A stretch of DNA of 29,795 nt from a virus (IMGVR_UViG_3300033516_000105:1-29795), one strand, 5' to 3'; positions 1 to 10,397 are shown, counted from the stretch's first letter. The notes: generated by a model not told the origin, from the letters alone. Numbers and translations are program-made.

Positions 1-2
1 AT

Positions 3-656
3 GCTTATTCTACTAATTTAACTTTTCTACCAGAATTACCAGAAAGTTTAAAAAAGTTGGTTTGTGTGAGGTCTTTGTTATCTTATTTACCAGAATTACC
101 AGAAAATTTAAAAGAATTATATTGTTATAATAATAAATTAAAATCTTTACCTAAATTACCAAAAAGATTAGAAGAATTAAAATGTGAAAATAATGATTTA
201 ACTTCTTTATCTGAATTACCAGAAAATTTAAAAGAATTATATTGTTATAATAATGAATTAGAATCTTTACCAGAATTACCAGAAAGTTTAACAAAATTAT
301 ATTGTAGTATTAATAATTTAACTTCTTTACCAAAATTACCAGAAAGTTTAATAACTTTATCTTGTAGTGCTAATAATTTAACTTCTTTACCAAAATTACC
401 AGAAAGTTTAAAATATTTATATTGTTATGATAATCCATTTGAGTATCCAATTCCACATAAATTCTATAATAATCAAGATAAAGAATGGTTAAAAAAATTT
501 AACCTTAAACTAAGTTCATATGAACATCAAAAGAAATTAATCGAAGAAAATGGTGTATATATAATGAAAAAATATGAAAATCATCCAGAATTAATAAATG
601 ATAAAATAAAAGAAGAAAATCCAACTTACTTTTTATCTGTTGATTATGGATTTTAA
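3..656 (+). CDS. Leucine-rich repeat protein (20-aa LPX/IpaH-YopM-type LRR), 5'-partial
   Basis: Frame is open from position 3 (AYSTNLTFLPELPESLKKLVC...), so the gene starts before the window. Repeats LxxLPxLPxxLxxLxCxxNx have a 60-nt period. C-terminus ...IKEENPTYFLSVDYGF. Confidence 0.9.
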   Translation, partial: AYSTNLTFLPELPESLKKLVCVRSLLSYLPELPENLKELYCYNNKLKSLPKLPKRLEELKCENNDLTSLSELPENLKELYCYNNELESLPELPESLTKLYCSINNLTSLPKLPESLITLSCSANNLTSLPKLPESLKYLYCYDNPFEYPIPHKFYNNQDKEWLKKFNLKLSSYEHQKKLIEENGVYIMKKYENHPELINDKIKEENPTYFLSVDYGF

Positions 657-670
657 AAATAAAAGATGAA

Positions 671-1252
671 ATGAAAAGATATTTAGAGTTTATTAAAGAG
701 AGTTCTATAGAAAAAGAGATTACTATTTATAGTGAAAAGGATTTTCATAAAATTAAAGAAGGAATTGAAAAAATTTATACTAGAGATAATGATTTAAAAT
801 CTCTACCTGAATTACCAGAAAATTTAAAAGAATTACATTGTTGGAATCTTGAATTGGAATTTCTACCAAAATTACCAAAAAATCTAAAAATATTAAATTG
901 TAGATCAAATAAATTAAAATTTCTACCAGAATTACCAGAGGATTTAATACAATTACATTGTTGGGATAATCAATTAACTTATTTACCAGAATTGCCAAAA
1001 AATTTAACATTTCTTGCTTGTTATGATAATCCATTAGAATATCCAATTCCACATAAATTCTATTATAAACAAGATAAAGATTGGTTAGAAGAATTAAATC
1101 TTAAATTAAGCACATATGAACATCAAAAGAAATTGATAACTGAACATGGTGTTTATATAATGAAAAAATTTGAAAATCATCCAGAATTAATAAATGATAA
1201 AATTAAAGAAGAAAATCCAACTTACTTTTTATCTGTTGAATATGGATTTTAA
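671..1252 (+). CDS. Leucine-rich repeat protein, tandem paralog of the upstream gene
   Basis: Same LRR consensus; last ~75 aa nearly identical to the upstream ORF; N-terminus MKRYLEFIKES. Confidence 0.9.
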   Translation: MKRYLEFIKESSIEKEITIYSEKDFHKIKEGIEKIYTRDNDLKSLPELPENLKELHCWNLELEFLPKLPKNLKILNCRSNKLKFLPELPEDLIQLHCWDNQLTYLPELPKNLTFLACYDNPLEYPIPHKFYYKQDKDWLEELNLKLSTYEHQKKLITEHGVYIMKKFENHPELINDKIKEENPTYFLSVEYGF

Positions 1253-1300
1253 ATAAACTTTTCAATATTTTTAATCTTTAATACTAAAATATTATTAAAG

Positions 1301-2806
1301 ATGTTAATAGATAGCGAATATAAAAATGGAAATTTAATTTGTTCATATGTCAATGAAAAAGGAAATATTAAATTAAAATATTATCCTTGGAATAAGACAA
1401 CTAAATATGTAATAACCACACCAAATGATCCAGAAAAATGTGATGAATTTGTTACATGGGATGGAAAACATGTGAAGGAAATATATTCAAGATATCCAAA
1501 TAAATATTCAGTTTATTATTTTATTGATTCTCTTCCAAAAGAAGAACAAGAATTATTATTTAATTATTATGAACCAAATATATTCTTTATAGATATTGAA
1601 ACTGAAATCATAGAAAAGAAAATGGAACCACATCTTGCAGAAAGTGCAGTTCTATCAATATCAATTGTTAATAAAAATAAAGCTTTGGTTATGGGTGTTG
1701 ATCCATTAACAAAAGATGAAATAAAATCAATAGAAAATGATTTAAATGAAAAATATGGAAAACCATTTGATAGAAGTTGGGAATTTAAATATATTTGTCT
1801 TAAAAATGAATGGGAACTTTTATTTAATTTCTTTAAAACATATGTACCACAAATGGCAGTTATTTCTGGGTGGAATGTTGTAAATTTTGACTGGGTATTC
1901 TTAGTTAATAGATTTAGAAATATTGGTGGTGATCCATCAATATCATCTCCAACTGGACTTTTAAGAAAATCATATAGATTGGATGATTATAAAGAAATAC
2001 CAGCTCATAAATTGATTGTGGATTATATGGATTTGTATAAAAAAGATGCATGGAATTCATTCGTTCAAATAAAGGAATCTAATGCATTAGATTATGCTGC
2101 TGGACAAATTCTTGGAGAAAAATTTGGAAAAGTTGGTTATGCTGGAGATTTGAAATATCTATATAGAACAGATAAAAGAAATTTTATGTATTATAATGTA
2201 GTCGATTCAATTTTAGTTCAATTAATACATGAAAAAACTAAAATTATAGATATATTATATGGAATTGGAACACTATCAAGAATAAATACTCAAAATGCTA
2301 TGTCTACATTAGCAGTAACCGAAGGTATATTAAGAGGAAAATTAAAAGATAAAAAAAATATAATCTTAGTAAAAGATGATGGATTAGATGTTGATGTTAA
2401 TGATGATAATGTTTCTGGTGGATTTGTTTTGCCACCAGTTAAAGGAATGGCTACTTTTACCACATGTTATGATTTTTCAAGCCTATATCCAACTACAATC
2501 AGAGAACTTAATATATCAGCAGATAGTTACAAAGGACAAGTTCCAATTAAAAAAATAGATGGTAGAAAACTTCCAGATTTATCAGCAAAAGTATCCATAT
2601 TCAATGGACACCAAATTCCAATTGAAAAGGATGATATAATATTATTATCTGGTTCAGTATTTAAAAATGAAGAAGGTGTAGTTGCACAAGTTATGAGAGA
2701 AGTATATTCAGATAGAAAAAAATATAAAGGAATGATGAATGAAGAATATGAGAAATTGGAAGATTTGAAAAAAATTAAAAAATTAATTGAATCTGAAATT
2801 TTTTAA
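1301..2806 (+). CDS. Family B DNA polymerase, N-terminal half (3'-5' exonuclease + motif A) of a split gp43-like enzyme
   Basis: ExoI DIETE, ExoII GWNVVNFDW, ExoIII YNVVD, motif A DFSSLYPT. Ends after the fingers helix DRKKYK; motifs B (KxxxNSxYG) and C (YGDTDS) are absent. Confidence 0.85.
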   Translation: MLIDSEYKNGNLICSYVNEKGNIKLKYYPWNKTTKYVITTPNDPEKCDEFVTWDGKHVKEIYSRYPNKYSVYYFIDSLPKEEQELLFNYYEPNIFFIDIETEIIEKKMEPHLAESAVLSISIVNKNKALVMGVDPLTKDEIKSIENDLNEKYGKPFDRSWEFKYICLKNEWELLFNFFKTYVPQMAVISGWNVVNFDWVFLVNRFRNIGGDPSISSPTGLLRKSYRLDDYKEIPAHKLIVDYMDLYKKDAWNSFVQIKESNALDYAAGQILGEKFGKVGYAGDLKYLYRTDKRNFMYYNVVDSILVQLIHEKTKIIDILYGIGTLSRINTQNAMSTLAVTEGILRGKLKDKKNIILVKDDGLDVDVNDDNVSGGFVLPPVKGMATFTTCYDFSSLYPTTIRELNISADSYKGQVPIKKIDGRKLPDLSAKVSIFNGHQIPIEKDDIILLSGSVFKNEEGVVAQVMREVYSDRKKYKGMMNEEYEKLEDLKKIKKLIESEIF

Positions 2807-2872
2807 TAAAAATGATTTTTTATTAAAAAATTTTTATTAATTTTAAATATATAAATAGAAAATTAAATAGTT

Positions 2873-3685
2873 ATGTATATTAAATTTTATAAAGAATATA
2901 TTTCAGTTTTGAAATATGATACAGTTGAAGATAAATATGTTGAAGTGAATTTATCAAAAGAAGAAAAATTAATTAAATATCTTAATTATTATGTAGATTT
3001 TGGCGAAAATGTAACACTAAGAGATTTTTTCAATCTATTAGAACCATACAAAGACACAATAAATGATTTAACAATAGAACAAACAGATGGAGTTTCAATT
3101 TTTGATTATTATGAAAAATATAAAGAAACAAAACCTACAAAAAATAAAATAAATATTATAGAATTTCAACAACTTGGATATAGTAGTGATTCAATGTTTG
3201 GATTGGAATGTAATTTTAAAGGTTATAATGAAAAATTAGATGAATTTGTATTGTTAGATTTAGTTCCACTCAATGAAATATTGGATTCAAAAATTGAACT
3301 AAATAATGATTTTTTTATTGCTGAATACAATAATATTAATGGTGAAAATAAATGGGAAGATGATACAGATGAGGAAGATGAGGAAGAAGATGACGAAGAT
3401 GATGATATTGAAAATAATGATACAAATTTATCAATAGATATAAATATGTTATCATATAAAGAAATAAATCTATTTGAATTATTAGATGGATTTTCAACAC
3501 AATTAACAATGTTTGGAACTGTGGATGAATTTGAAAAAGTTTTGGAAATAGAAAAAGAACAAACAAACAAATTTGAAAAAATAAATAATTTAGAAAAAAG
3601 ATTAAAAAATTCTATATTAACTGAAAATTATGAAGAAGCATCGAGAATAACAAAAGAAATTAAAGAATTAAATATTAAAAGTTGA
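2873..3685 (+). CDS. Hypothetical protein with acidic tract and C-terminal UVR (UvrB/UvrC) coiled-coil motif
   Basis: EDDTDEEDEEEDDEDDD tract; C-terminal LEKRLKNSILTENYEEASRITKEIKEL fits the UVR motif. Confidence 0.6.
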   Translation: MYIKFYKEYISVLKYDTVEDKYVEVNLSKEEKLIKYLNYYVDFGENVTLRDFFNLLEPYKDTINDLTIEQTDGVSIFDYYEKYKETKPTKNKINIIEFQQLGYSSDSMFGLECNFKGYNEKLDEFVLLDLVPLNEILDSKIELNNDFFIAEYNNINGENKWEDDTDEEDEEEDDEDDDIENNDTNLSIDINMLSYKEINLFELLDGFSTQLTMFGTVDEFEKVLEIEKEQTNKFEKINNLEKRLKNSILTENYEEASRITKEIKELNIKS

Positions 3686-4555
3686 ATTTAATTTTTCAAA
3701 TATATTTTCATCATATCTAATTCTTATCAAATGAATATTGTTTTTTAAACAATATTCATTTTTTATTTTATCATTTTTGATAATTTTAGTTAAATAATCA
3801 TCTCCACCAAATATATCAATAGAATTAAAATGTTGCCTACCATCATATTCTATACAAATATTATATTTTGGTAAATAAAAATCAAATGGTAATTTATTTA
3901 TATTTTTACAATCATCAAATTTTTTCTGATTAATATATTCTATATTTTTATCTTTTAAATAATTTTCAATTATTATTTCACTTTTAGAATTATTACATTT
4001 ACAACAACCATGTCCTTGTTTATGTTTTGTTATAGATTGTTCAAATTCTCCATGTTTATTACAAATTATTAATATTTTATCTATGTGATTTTCATATGAT
4101 AAAAATTTTGAATAATCATATCTATTATGATGAATTTTATTAAATTCTTCTTTTATTTCTTCTATTGATAGATTTTTATATGCACATTTTGGACAACCAT
4201 TTCCATTCAAATGTTTCTTTGGTGTTTGTGCAAACTCACCATGTCTATTACAAATAATATCTACATTTGTATGATTATTTATATGAATTACTTTTGAATA
4301 ATCATATCTATTATTATGTATTTTATTTGATTCAATTATAAATTTTTCTTTTGATTTTTTATTATTATTTGAACATATATTACAACCAAATCCACTTAAA
4401 TGATTATTTGGTTTTTGATAAAATGAACCATGAATTTTACATATTATTTCAACCTTAGTTCTTGTGTTTATATAAATTACTTTTGAATAATCATATTTAT
4501 CATTATGTATTTTAATTGATTTATCTATGAATTCTTGTGTGGTTAAATTTTTCAT
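3668..4555 (-). CDS. Putative homing endonuclease: three DUF723-like Zn-binding repeats + PD-(D/E)XK nuclease domain
   Basis: 3x YDYSK...ICxxHGxFxQ...HxxGxGCxxC; C-terminal LPFDFYLPKYNICIEYDGRQHF. Start moved to ATG 4555 (MKNLTTQEF) because the track start lies inside the capsid gene terminator. Confidence 0.75.
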   Translation of the reverse strand: MKNLTTQEFIDKSIKIHNDKYDYSKVIYINTRTKVEIICKIHGSFYQKPNNHLSGFGCNICSNNNKKSKEKFIIESNKIHNNRYDYSKVIHINNHTNVDIICNRHGEFAQTPKKHLNGNGCPKCAYKNLSIEEIKEEFNKIHHNRYDYSKFLSYENHIDKILIICNKHGEFEQSITKHKQGHGCCKCNNSKSEIIIENYLKDKNIEYINQKKFDDCKNINKLPFDFYLPKYNICIEYDGRQHFNSIDIFGGDDYLTKIIKNDKIKNEYCLKNNIHLIRIRYDENIFEKLNSTFNI

Positions 4556-4574
4556 GTTGATATTATATATAAAT

Positions 4575-4605
4575 AAAAAAGGAGTGATTAAAACCACTCC
4601 TTTTT
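4575..4605 (-). terminator. Intrinsic terminator downstream of the major capsid gene
   Basis: AAAAAAGGAGTG-ATTAAAAC-CACTCCTTTTT inverted repeat with A/T tails. Confidence 0.85.
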
Positions 4606-4624
4606 ATATTTATTATCTATTTTA

Positions 4625-6352
4625 TTAGATTAATACACCGTTTGTATCAGTAACTTCAATTTCCATGAATTGTTTTTCTGGGAAGAAACCAATATCAGCA
4701 ATAGCATATCTACTACGGATTAACATACGTGGAGCAAAAGTTGCTTCAGAAATAATGCTAATTGATTGTGCCATTAAGTAAGGTATGAATAAAATACCAG
4801 GTTGTTCAACAGAGTTTTTACGACCTAAGAAAATTCTATTATCATCCCATTTCATATAAGGATCAACATAAATAGCAAGGTTTCCAATATTACCCATAGG
4901 ATATAATTGACCATTAGTATTTAATTTGCTTGCATTAACTGGGTTGATAGTATATCCAGCTATGTCTTGGATAACAGATGCTAAATTACCATTTGTTACT
5001 AAGTATTGTGCAGGACCAACTCTACCATCAGTTGCGATGAAGTTTGATGCATTGTTAATTTTAGCAATCAATTTTCTTTGAATTGAATGAGTAGTTTCAC
5101 CACCAGGAGCTGGACCGAAACCAGTGCTACCAATATAATTATCTACATTGAAATCAAAATCAGGACTTGTTGCAGAATTTTTATTTTTGTTAGCCAATTC
5201 ACGAATTTTTGCTACAATTTGTTTAGAAATAGTTTGAGTTAATTCATTAATTAAAACACTTTCTAATTTTTGAACTATATCCATACCAGTAGAAGCTTTG
5301 ATATCTTCTATTTGAGTTCTCTTTAAAGATGAACTGATTTCGATATCACCAACTTGTATTGATTTGGTAAATACATCAGGACCAATAACACCAGGATAAG
5401 TATTTTCATCTTGATTACGTGTCATACCGTATTTATCATTCCAACCAGCAACAAAACCAGGGATTTGATCTTCTAATAATGAAACTAATTCAAATGTAGC
5501 ACCAGAAATTTCAGTAGTTGATGTAGTTGTAAATTGAACAGTTACACCTTGTGCAAAAATATTTGCTAATGAATTATCACCAGTTGAATTGTATTGAGGG
5601 AATGTGTTTTTAGAATCAACCCATATAAAATTTGCAGATGGAGAAACTTGTTGTCTAAATGTTCTAAACATTGGAAGACCATCAATTCTTGAAAATCCTA
5701 AAAATTCAATCCAACCTTCTTTACCAGATGTTGGTTCAGATTCAGTTGTTAATGCTGTTCCTACTGCTGTAGCACCTGCTGTATTGAAAAATGTTCCAGC
5801 AACAGTTCCACCAGATAATTTAACAAAAATTCTTTCAGTTAAACCACCGATAGTTTCTTTAATACCTGCTGTAGTCATTTGAGCTAAAATAGTAGTTTTT
5901 AAAGTTGAAGCATTTGCACCATTGTTAATTTTGAAAACAATTGGTCTTTCGTTAGTTTCACCCCAAATATTGTTTTCATTACCATATTTGAAATCAACAA
6001 ATAACAATTCAATTCTTGGAGAAGAAGTAGGTTTTACTGCTACTAAATCCAAACCAATAGTTTGAGCTGCAATTTTCATAGAAACTGGTAATAAGTTTTG
6101 TGCTATGTCACCAGAACCTTGTGTTCCTGAACCAGCTTGGAAAACTGAACCTGGAACTGAACCTACTACAGGAGAAGATACTGGACCCATACCTTGTAAG
6201 TTACCTAATGTTGAATAAGAAATATTTTCATTCAATGAATGCATTTCAGCATAAATTGACATCCAAGATTTTCTATCTTCATCTTTAACACCAATTTTTT
6301 CTAAAACTGGTGTCCATTTTTTCAACGCTTTTTGTTCGTCTATAATATTCAT
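4625..6352 (-). CDS. Major capsid protein (T4 gp23-like)
   Basis: N-terminal KKWTPVLE propeptide, IAAQTIGLDLVAVKP, C-terminal PGILFIPY and TFAPRMLIRSRYAI motifs of gp23-family proteins; downstream of the prohead protease. Confidence 0.92.
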   Translation of the reverse strand: MNIIDEQKALKKWTPVLEKIGVKDEDRKSWMSIYAEMHSLNENISYSTLGNLQGMGPVSSPVVGSVPGSVFQAGSGTQGSGDIAQNLLPVSMKIAAQTIGLDLVAVKPTSSPRIELLFVDFKYGNENNIWGETNERPIVFKINNGANASTLKTTILAQMTTAGIKETIGGLTERIFVKLSGGTVAGTFFNTAGATAVGTALTTESEPTSGKEGWIEFLGFSRIDGLPMFRTFRQQVSPSANFIWVDSKNTFPQYNSTGDNSLANIFAQGVTVQFTTTSTTEISGATFELVSLLEDQIPGFVAGWNDKYGMTRNQDENTYPGVIGPDVFTKSIQVGDIEISSSLKRTQIEDIKASTGMDIVQKLESVLINELTQTISKQIVAKIRELANKNKNSATSPDFDFNVDNYIGSTGFGPAPGGETTHSIQRKLIAKINNASNFIATDGRVGPAQYLVTNGNLASVIQDIAGYTINPVNASKLNTNGQLYPMGNIGNLAIYVDPYMKWDDNRIFLGRKNSVEQPGILFIPYLMAQSISIISEATFAPRMLIRSRYAIADIGFFPEKQFMEIEVTDTNGVLI

Positions 6353-6493
6353 ATATTTTATAATTATTTTTTATGTATATATATATTTTATTGAAAACTC
6401 CAATTTTTTCCATTTTTAAAATGTTCTGAAACATCAGATTTTATTGGACTTTTATGTATAAAATACATTATTTTTGTTTTTTATGCCTTTGAA

Positions 6494-8770
6494 TTATTTT
6501 AAGCTTTTCAACCTTTCTAAGAATTTTTCTACTTCATTTTCAGATAAAGAATTTTCATCAAATTTTTTATTTTCAACTATTAATTTTTTTGATTCTTTAA
6601 CCTGAATAAATTGATCCAATTTTCTGGATTGCCAGAATGATTCAATTTTTGAAATGGTGTCTAAATTTGGATATAATTTAGCAGTTGCAATCAAACTTTC
6701 TTTGATTTTATCATCTAATCCATTATAAACATCTTTCAACTCAGATGGAATATTTTCAATTAATATTGCTTCAAAAGTTTTTGATGGTGCTAAGACTTCA
6801 GCCATTTTATTGACAATTTCATTTTCTGAATAGTAACTGCTTTCGTTTAATGCAAGATTAACTTTTTCTTTATTTTCATTTGTCAATGAAAAATATACTT
6901 TTTTTGTCTTTTCTGTTAAGAATTGTAAAAAATGAGGATCTTTTTGTTCAGAAGCTTTACGTTTTTTAGTTTCAGAAATAAGATTTCCTATGTAATTTTT
7001 AATATCTTTCTTTTCATTTAATTTGTTTCCTAAAATAGTCACTTGACTTTCTTGAATTTGAATTTCTTCGTCATTGTCAGAAAATTTAACCACTATGATT
7101 CCATTTGTTGGATTTGATGCAATTACTTCACCAGGTCTATTTTCTACTGATACTGTCATACCAGGTACTATTTCAGTTGTTTGTTCAATTGCATCACCTT
7201 CAACAGAAGTTTCATCATTTTGAACTTGAACTGGTTCTTGAACTTGAACTGGTTCTTGAACTTGAACTTGTGTTTGAACTGGTTCTTGAACTTGAACTTG
7301 TGTTTGAGTTTGAACTGGTACTTGAACTTGTGATTTAATTTCATCTTCATCATAATATTGTTGAACATCAGTTGTTTTGAATTCTTCAAAATCTTCTACA
7401 TTTTCAAATACTTTTTGAGATTTTATTTTATCAATAGTTTTATCTAATGATTCTGCAATATATCTTGTATATGCTTTTGTGTTAGATAAATTTTCAACAA
7501 TATATTCAGAATAAGCAATATTATTATCTAAGTGTTCTGCAACATATTCAGAATAAGCAATATTATTATCCAAATGTTCAGCTAAATATTCACCATATTT
7601 AATTGAATTTTCCAAATTTTCTGCAATATATTCACCATATTTAATTGAATTTTCTAAATTTTCAGCGATGTATTCAGAATAATTAATATTATTTTCTAAA
7701 TTTTCAACAATATATTGTGAATAATCTATTGATTGATCTAATTTTTCTGCAATATATTCAGAATATTTAATTGATTTTTCAACATTTTCAGCGATGTATT
7801 CATTAAATTCAATTGATTTGTCTAATGTTTCAGCAATATATTCAGAATAACCAATAGTTTTTTCTAATTCTTCAGCTAAATAATCATTATGCTTAATCAA
7901 TTTTGTAGTAGTTGATTTTAATGATGCATTTTCATTAACTAATATTTGAATTTTTTCACTCAAATAATCTAAGTATTTTTCAACTTTTTGTTGTGTTTGA
8001 ACTAAATTTTCTAATAGTTCAGATTTTTCAACAATTTCGGTAGCATCAACTTTACCAGTTTTTACATTTTCAGTTACAAAATTCTTAACCAATTCTATTT
8101 GTTCAGTTAAATAGTTTGAATATTCTACCATTTCTTTTTTAGAAACATAATCTTGATTGTTATTATCCATAATTAATTTATTAAATTTTGACTCGTCAGA
8201 TAAATCATATACCCTAAAGTTTGTGTTTTCATTTTTATATCCAAGAGATTCATTTATTGATTTAACTTCCATTATCGCACTTGGAAATCCTGGATCTGCT
8301 ACTGCATCATAAGTAAATAATTTTTTAACAGATACTGTTCCATCACTTTCAGTGATACCAGCAGCTCTTGATGATACAAATATTGGACATCCATCAGATA
8401 CTAAAGCTCTTGCTTCTTTACCCCAATGTGTTGTCAATAATCTTATTTCACCTTCTACTCTATTAAAATCTTTGTTATACCAAAGATTTTCTAATGTGTG
8501 AGATACTCTTGATAGTGAAGTATCAAAAACATCTGGATGATCAAATTCACCATAAACTACGGTTAATTTTTTCTTTCTCTCCAATAATTCATTCATATGT
8601 GGAAGAAATTTATCAGCAGTATAAATTCTTTCATTTCTATTCAAAATTCCAAATTCCGTGAAAATACCACCCAAAATAAAATCTTTCCTTGCATTTGTTG
8701 ATTCGTTAATAGGTTTTAATCCATTTGTACAATTTTCAACAATCAAAACAGGTTTATTTTTTTGATTCAT
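6494..8770 (-). CDS. Prohead protease (gp21-like) fused to a scaffold/core region
   Basis: GIFTEFGILNRNERIY, YGEFDHP, VSSRAAG, TYDAVADPGF protease motifs, then coiled coil, 14-aa repeats, QV linker and a C-terminal domain. Confidence 0.9.
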   Translation of the reverse strand: MNQKNKPVLIVENCTNGLKPINESTNARKDFILGGIFTEFGILNRNERIYTADKFLPHMNELLERKKKLTVVYGEFDHPDVFDTSLSRVSHTLENLWYNKDFNRVEGEIRLLTTHWGKEARALVSDGCPIFVSSRAAGITESDGTVSVKKLFTYDAVADPGFPSAIMEVKSINESLGYKNENTNFRVYDLSDESKFNKLIMDNNNQDYVSKKEMVEYSNYLTEQIELVKNFVTENVKTGKVDATEIVEKSELLENLVQTQQKVEKYLDYLSEKIQILVNENASLKSTTTKLIKHNDYLAEELEKTIGYSEYIAETLDKSIEFNEYIAENVEKSIKYSEYIAEKLDQSIDYSQYIVENLENNINYSEYIAENLENSIKYGEYIAENLENSIKYGEYLAEHLDNNIAYSEYVAEHLDNNIAYSEYIVENLSNTKAYTRYIAESLDKTIDKIKSQKVFENVEDFEEFKTTDVQQYYDEDEIKSQVQVPVQTQTQVQVQEPVQTQVQVQEPVQVQEPVQVQNDETSVEGDAIEQTTEIVPGMTVSVENRPGEVIASNPTNGIIVVKFSDNDEEIQIQESQVTILGNKLNEKKDIKNYIGNLISETKKRKASEQKDPHFLQFLTEKTKKVYFSLTNENKEKVNLALNESSYYSENEIVNKMAEVLAPSKTFEAILIENIPSELKDVYNGLDDKIKESLIATAKLYPNLDTISKIESFWQSRKLDQFIQVKESKKLIVENKKFDENSLSENEVEKFLERLKSLK
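7221..7335 (-). repeat. Low-complexity QVQ/QEPV/QT coding repeat (linker)
   Basis: tgaact / ggttcttgaact units encoding QVQVPVQTQTQVQVQEPVQTQVQVQEPVQVQEPVQVQ. Confidence 0.85.
7431..7892 (-). repeat. 11 tandem 42-nt (14-aa) coding repeats, consensus YSEYIAENLENSIK
   Basis: From HNDYLAEELEKTIG to YTRYIAESLDKTID within the protease-scaffold ORF. Confidence 0.9.
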
Positions 8771-8882
8771 TATATTTTTATTATTTTTTAATTATATATT
8801 TTATTATTATGATTGAATATATTTAAAAGTTATTTTTGGTTAATTTGAACCAATTTTTTAAAATATATACTAAGTAAAAAAT

Positions 8883-10397
8883 ATGATACTAAGTAAAAAA
8901 TTAAATATTAATATATCATCATCTAACATAACACATTATTCTTCTTATTATGATGATTTAAAAATTGGAAATAAACTAAATGTTAATTTCAATGAACTTC
9001 CACAATTTTCAAATACAACTATTAAGGTTAAGTGTGATTATTGCTCAAAGGAGAATGAATTAAAAATGAAAAATTATTCAAAATATGGATATTATGATGG
9101 TGATTATTTATGCAAATCTTGCAAAACAAAGAAGAATAATTTAGAAAAATATAATGTAGAAAATGTGTTTCAATTAGATGAAATAAAAGAAAAAATAAAA
9201 AATACAATAAATGAAAAATATAATGTAGATTATATATCACAATCTGAAATAATAAAAGAAAAAATAGTAAAAACAAATATTGAAAATTATGGATATAAAT
9301 CTCATTTATCATCAGATATAATTAAAAATAAAATTAAAGAAACATTAAAAGATAAATATAATGTTGATAATATATCAAAGGTTGAAAATATAAAAATAAA
9401 GAAAAAAGAAACATCATTATTAAATAATGGATATGATATAATATCAAAATCTCCAAATTTTAAAACAGATATTAAAATCAATAATATTAAAAAATTATCA
9501 AAAAAATACAATTTAAATTTTGTAGATATAAATGATTTTGATTTTATAATAAATTGTGAATTATGTAATGAAAATTATACAATAAATAAAAAAGCATTTT
9601 ATACCAGATATAATTGCAAAACTATTATTTGTACAAATTGCAATAAAATGAATTCATTCTCAAACTCTGGATATGAAATAGAATTATTAAATTTTATAAA
9701 AGATAATTATAAGAAAGAAATAATTACTAATAGTAGAAATATTATTAAACCATATGAAATAGATATTTTCATACCAGATTTAAATTTTGCAATAGAATTT
9801 AATGGTTTATATTGGCATTCTGATATAAGAAAAGATTTAAATTATCATTATTTAAAATTTGAATTATGTAAGGAAAAAAATATAAAATTAGTTCAAATAT
9901 ATAGTGATGATTGGATTTATAAAAAAGAATTAGTTAAAAATTTAATATTAGATAAATTAGAAAATATTAAACTGGATAATTATAATATAGAAAAAATTGA
10001 TTTTAATATATTGAATAATTTTATGATTGAGTATTCTTTAATTGAATCATGTAAATCAAAAATAAACTATGGATTATATAACAATGGAGAATTATTATCA
10101 ATTATAGGATTAAATAAAAATAAAAATAGTTATAACATAGTTAATTTTTGTAATAAATTAAATATTGGATTGTTGATAATTAATTGGATTATTGATAACT
10201 TAAAATATGATGAAATTAATTTTAAATTAAATAATGATTATTATTCATTATTTGAATTTGAATATTTAAATTTTGAATTTATTAAAACAACAAAACCAAA
10301 TTTTTATTATTTTAAAAATGATAAAAGAACTTCCAATTTAACAAATTCTAAAATTTATAATTCAGGATATACTACAATCAAAAAGATATTAATTTAA
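8883..10397 (+). CDS. Putative homing endonuclease (Zn ribbons + 'EKYNV' repeats + PD-(D/E)XK domain), antisense between portal and protease genes
   Basis: CDYC/CKSC and CELC/CTNC pairs, repeated NLEKYNVENVFQ/INEKYNVDYISQ units, EIDIFIPDLNFAIEFNGLYWH nuclease motif. Confidence 0.75.
   Translation: MILSKKLNINISSSNITHYSSYYDDLKIGNKLNVNFNELPQFSNTTIKVKCDYCSKENELKMKNYSKYGYYDGDYLCKSCKTKKNNLEKYNVENVFQLDEIKEKIKNTINEKYNVDYISQSEIIKEKIVKTNIENYGYKSHLSSDIIKNKIKETLKDKYNVDNISKVENIKIKKKETSLLNNGYDIISKSPNFKTDIKINNIKKLSKKYNLNFVDINDFDFIINCELCNENYTINKKAFYTRYNCKTIICTNCNKMNSFSNSGYEIELLNFIKDNYKKEIITNSRNIIKPYEIDIFIPDLNFAIEFNGLYWHSDIRKDLNYHYLKFELCKEKNIKLVQIYSDDWIYKKELVKNLILDKLENIKLDNYNIEKIDFNILNNFMIEYSLIESCKSKINYGLYNNGELLSIIGLNKNKNSYNIVNFCNKLNIGLLIINWIIDNLKYDEINFKLNNDYYSLFEFEYLNFEFIKTTKPNFYYFKNDKRTSNLTNSKIYNSGYTTIKKILI

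Noticed and set aside
2807-2872. Intron, intein or frameshift continuing the polymerase
   Set aside because: Short AT-only spacer holding a promoter-like motif; no polymerase motifs seen downstream.
7431-7892. CRISPR array
   Set aside because: 42-nt units are contiguous, in frame and degenerate at codon level; there are no spacers.
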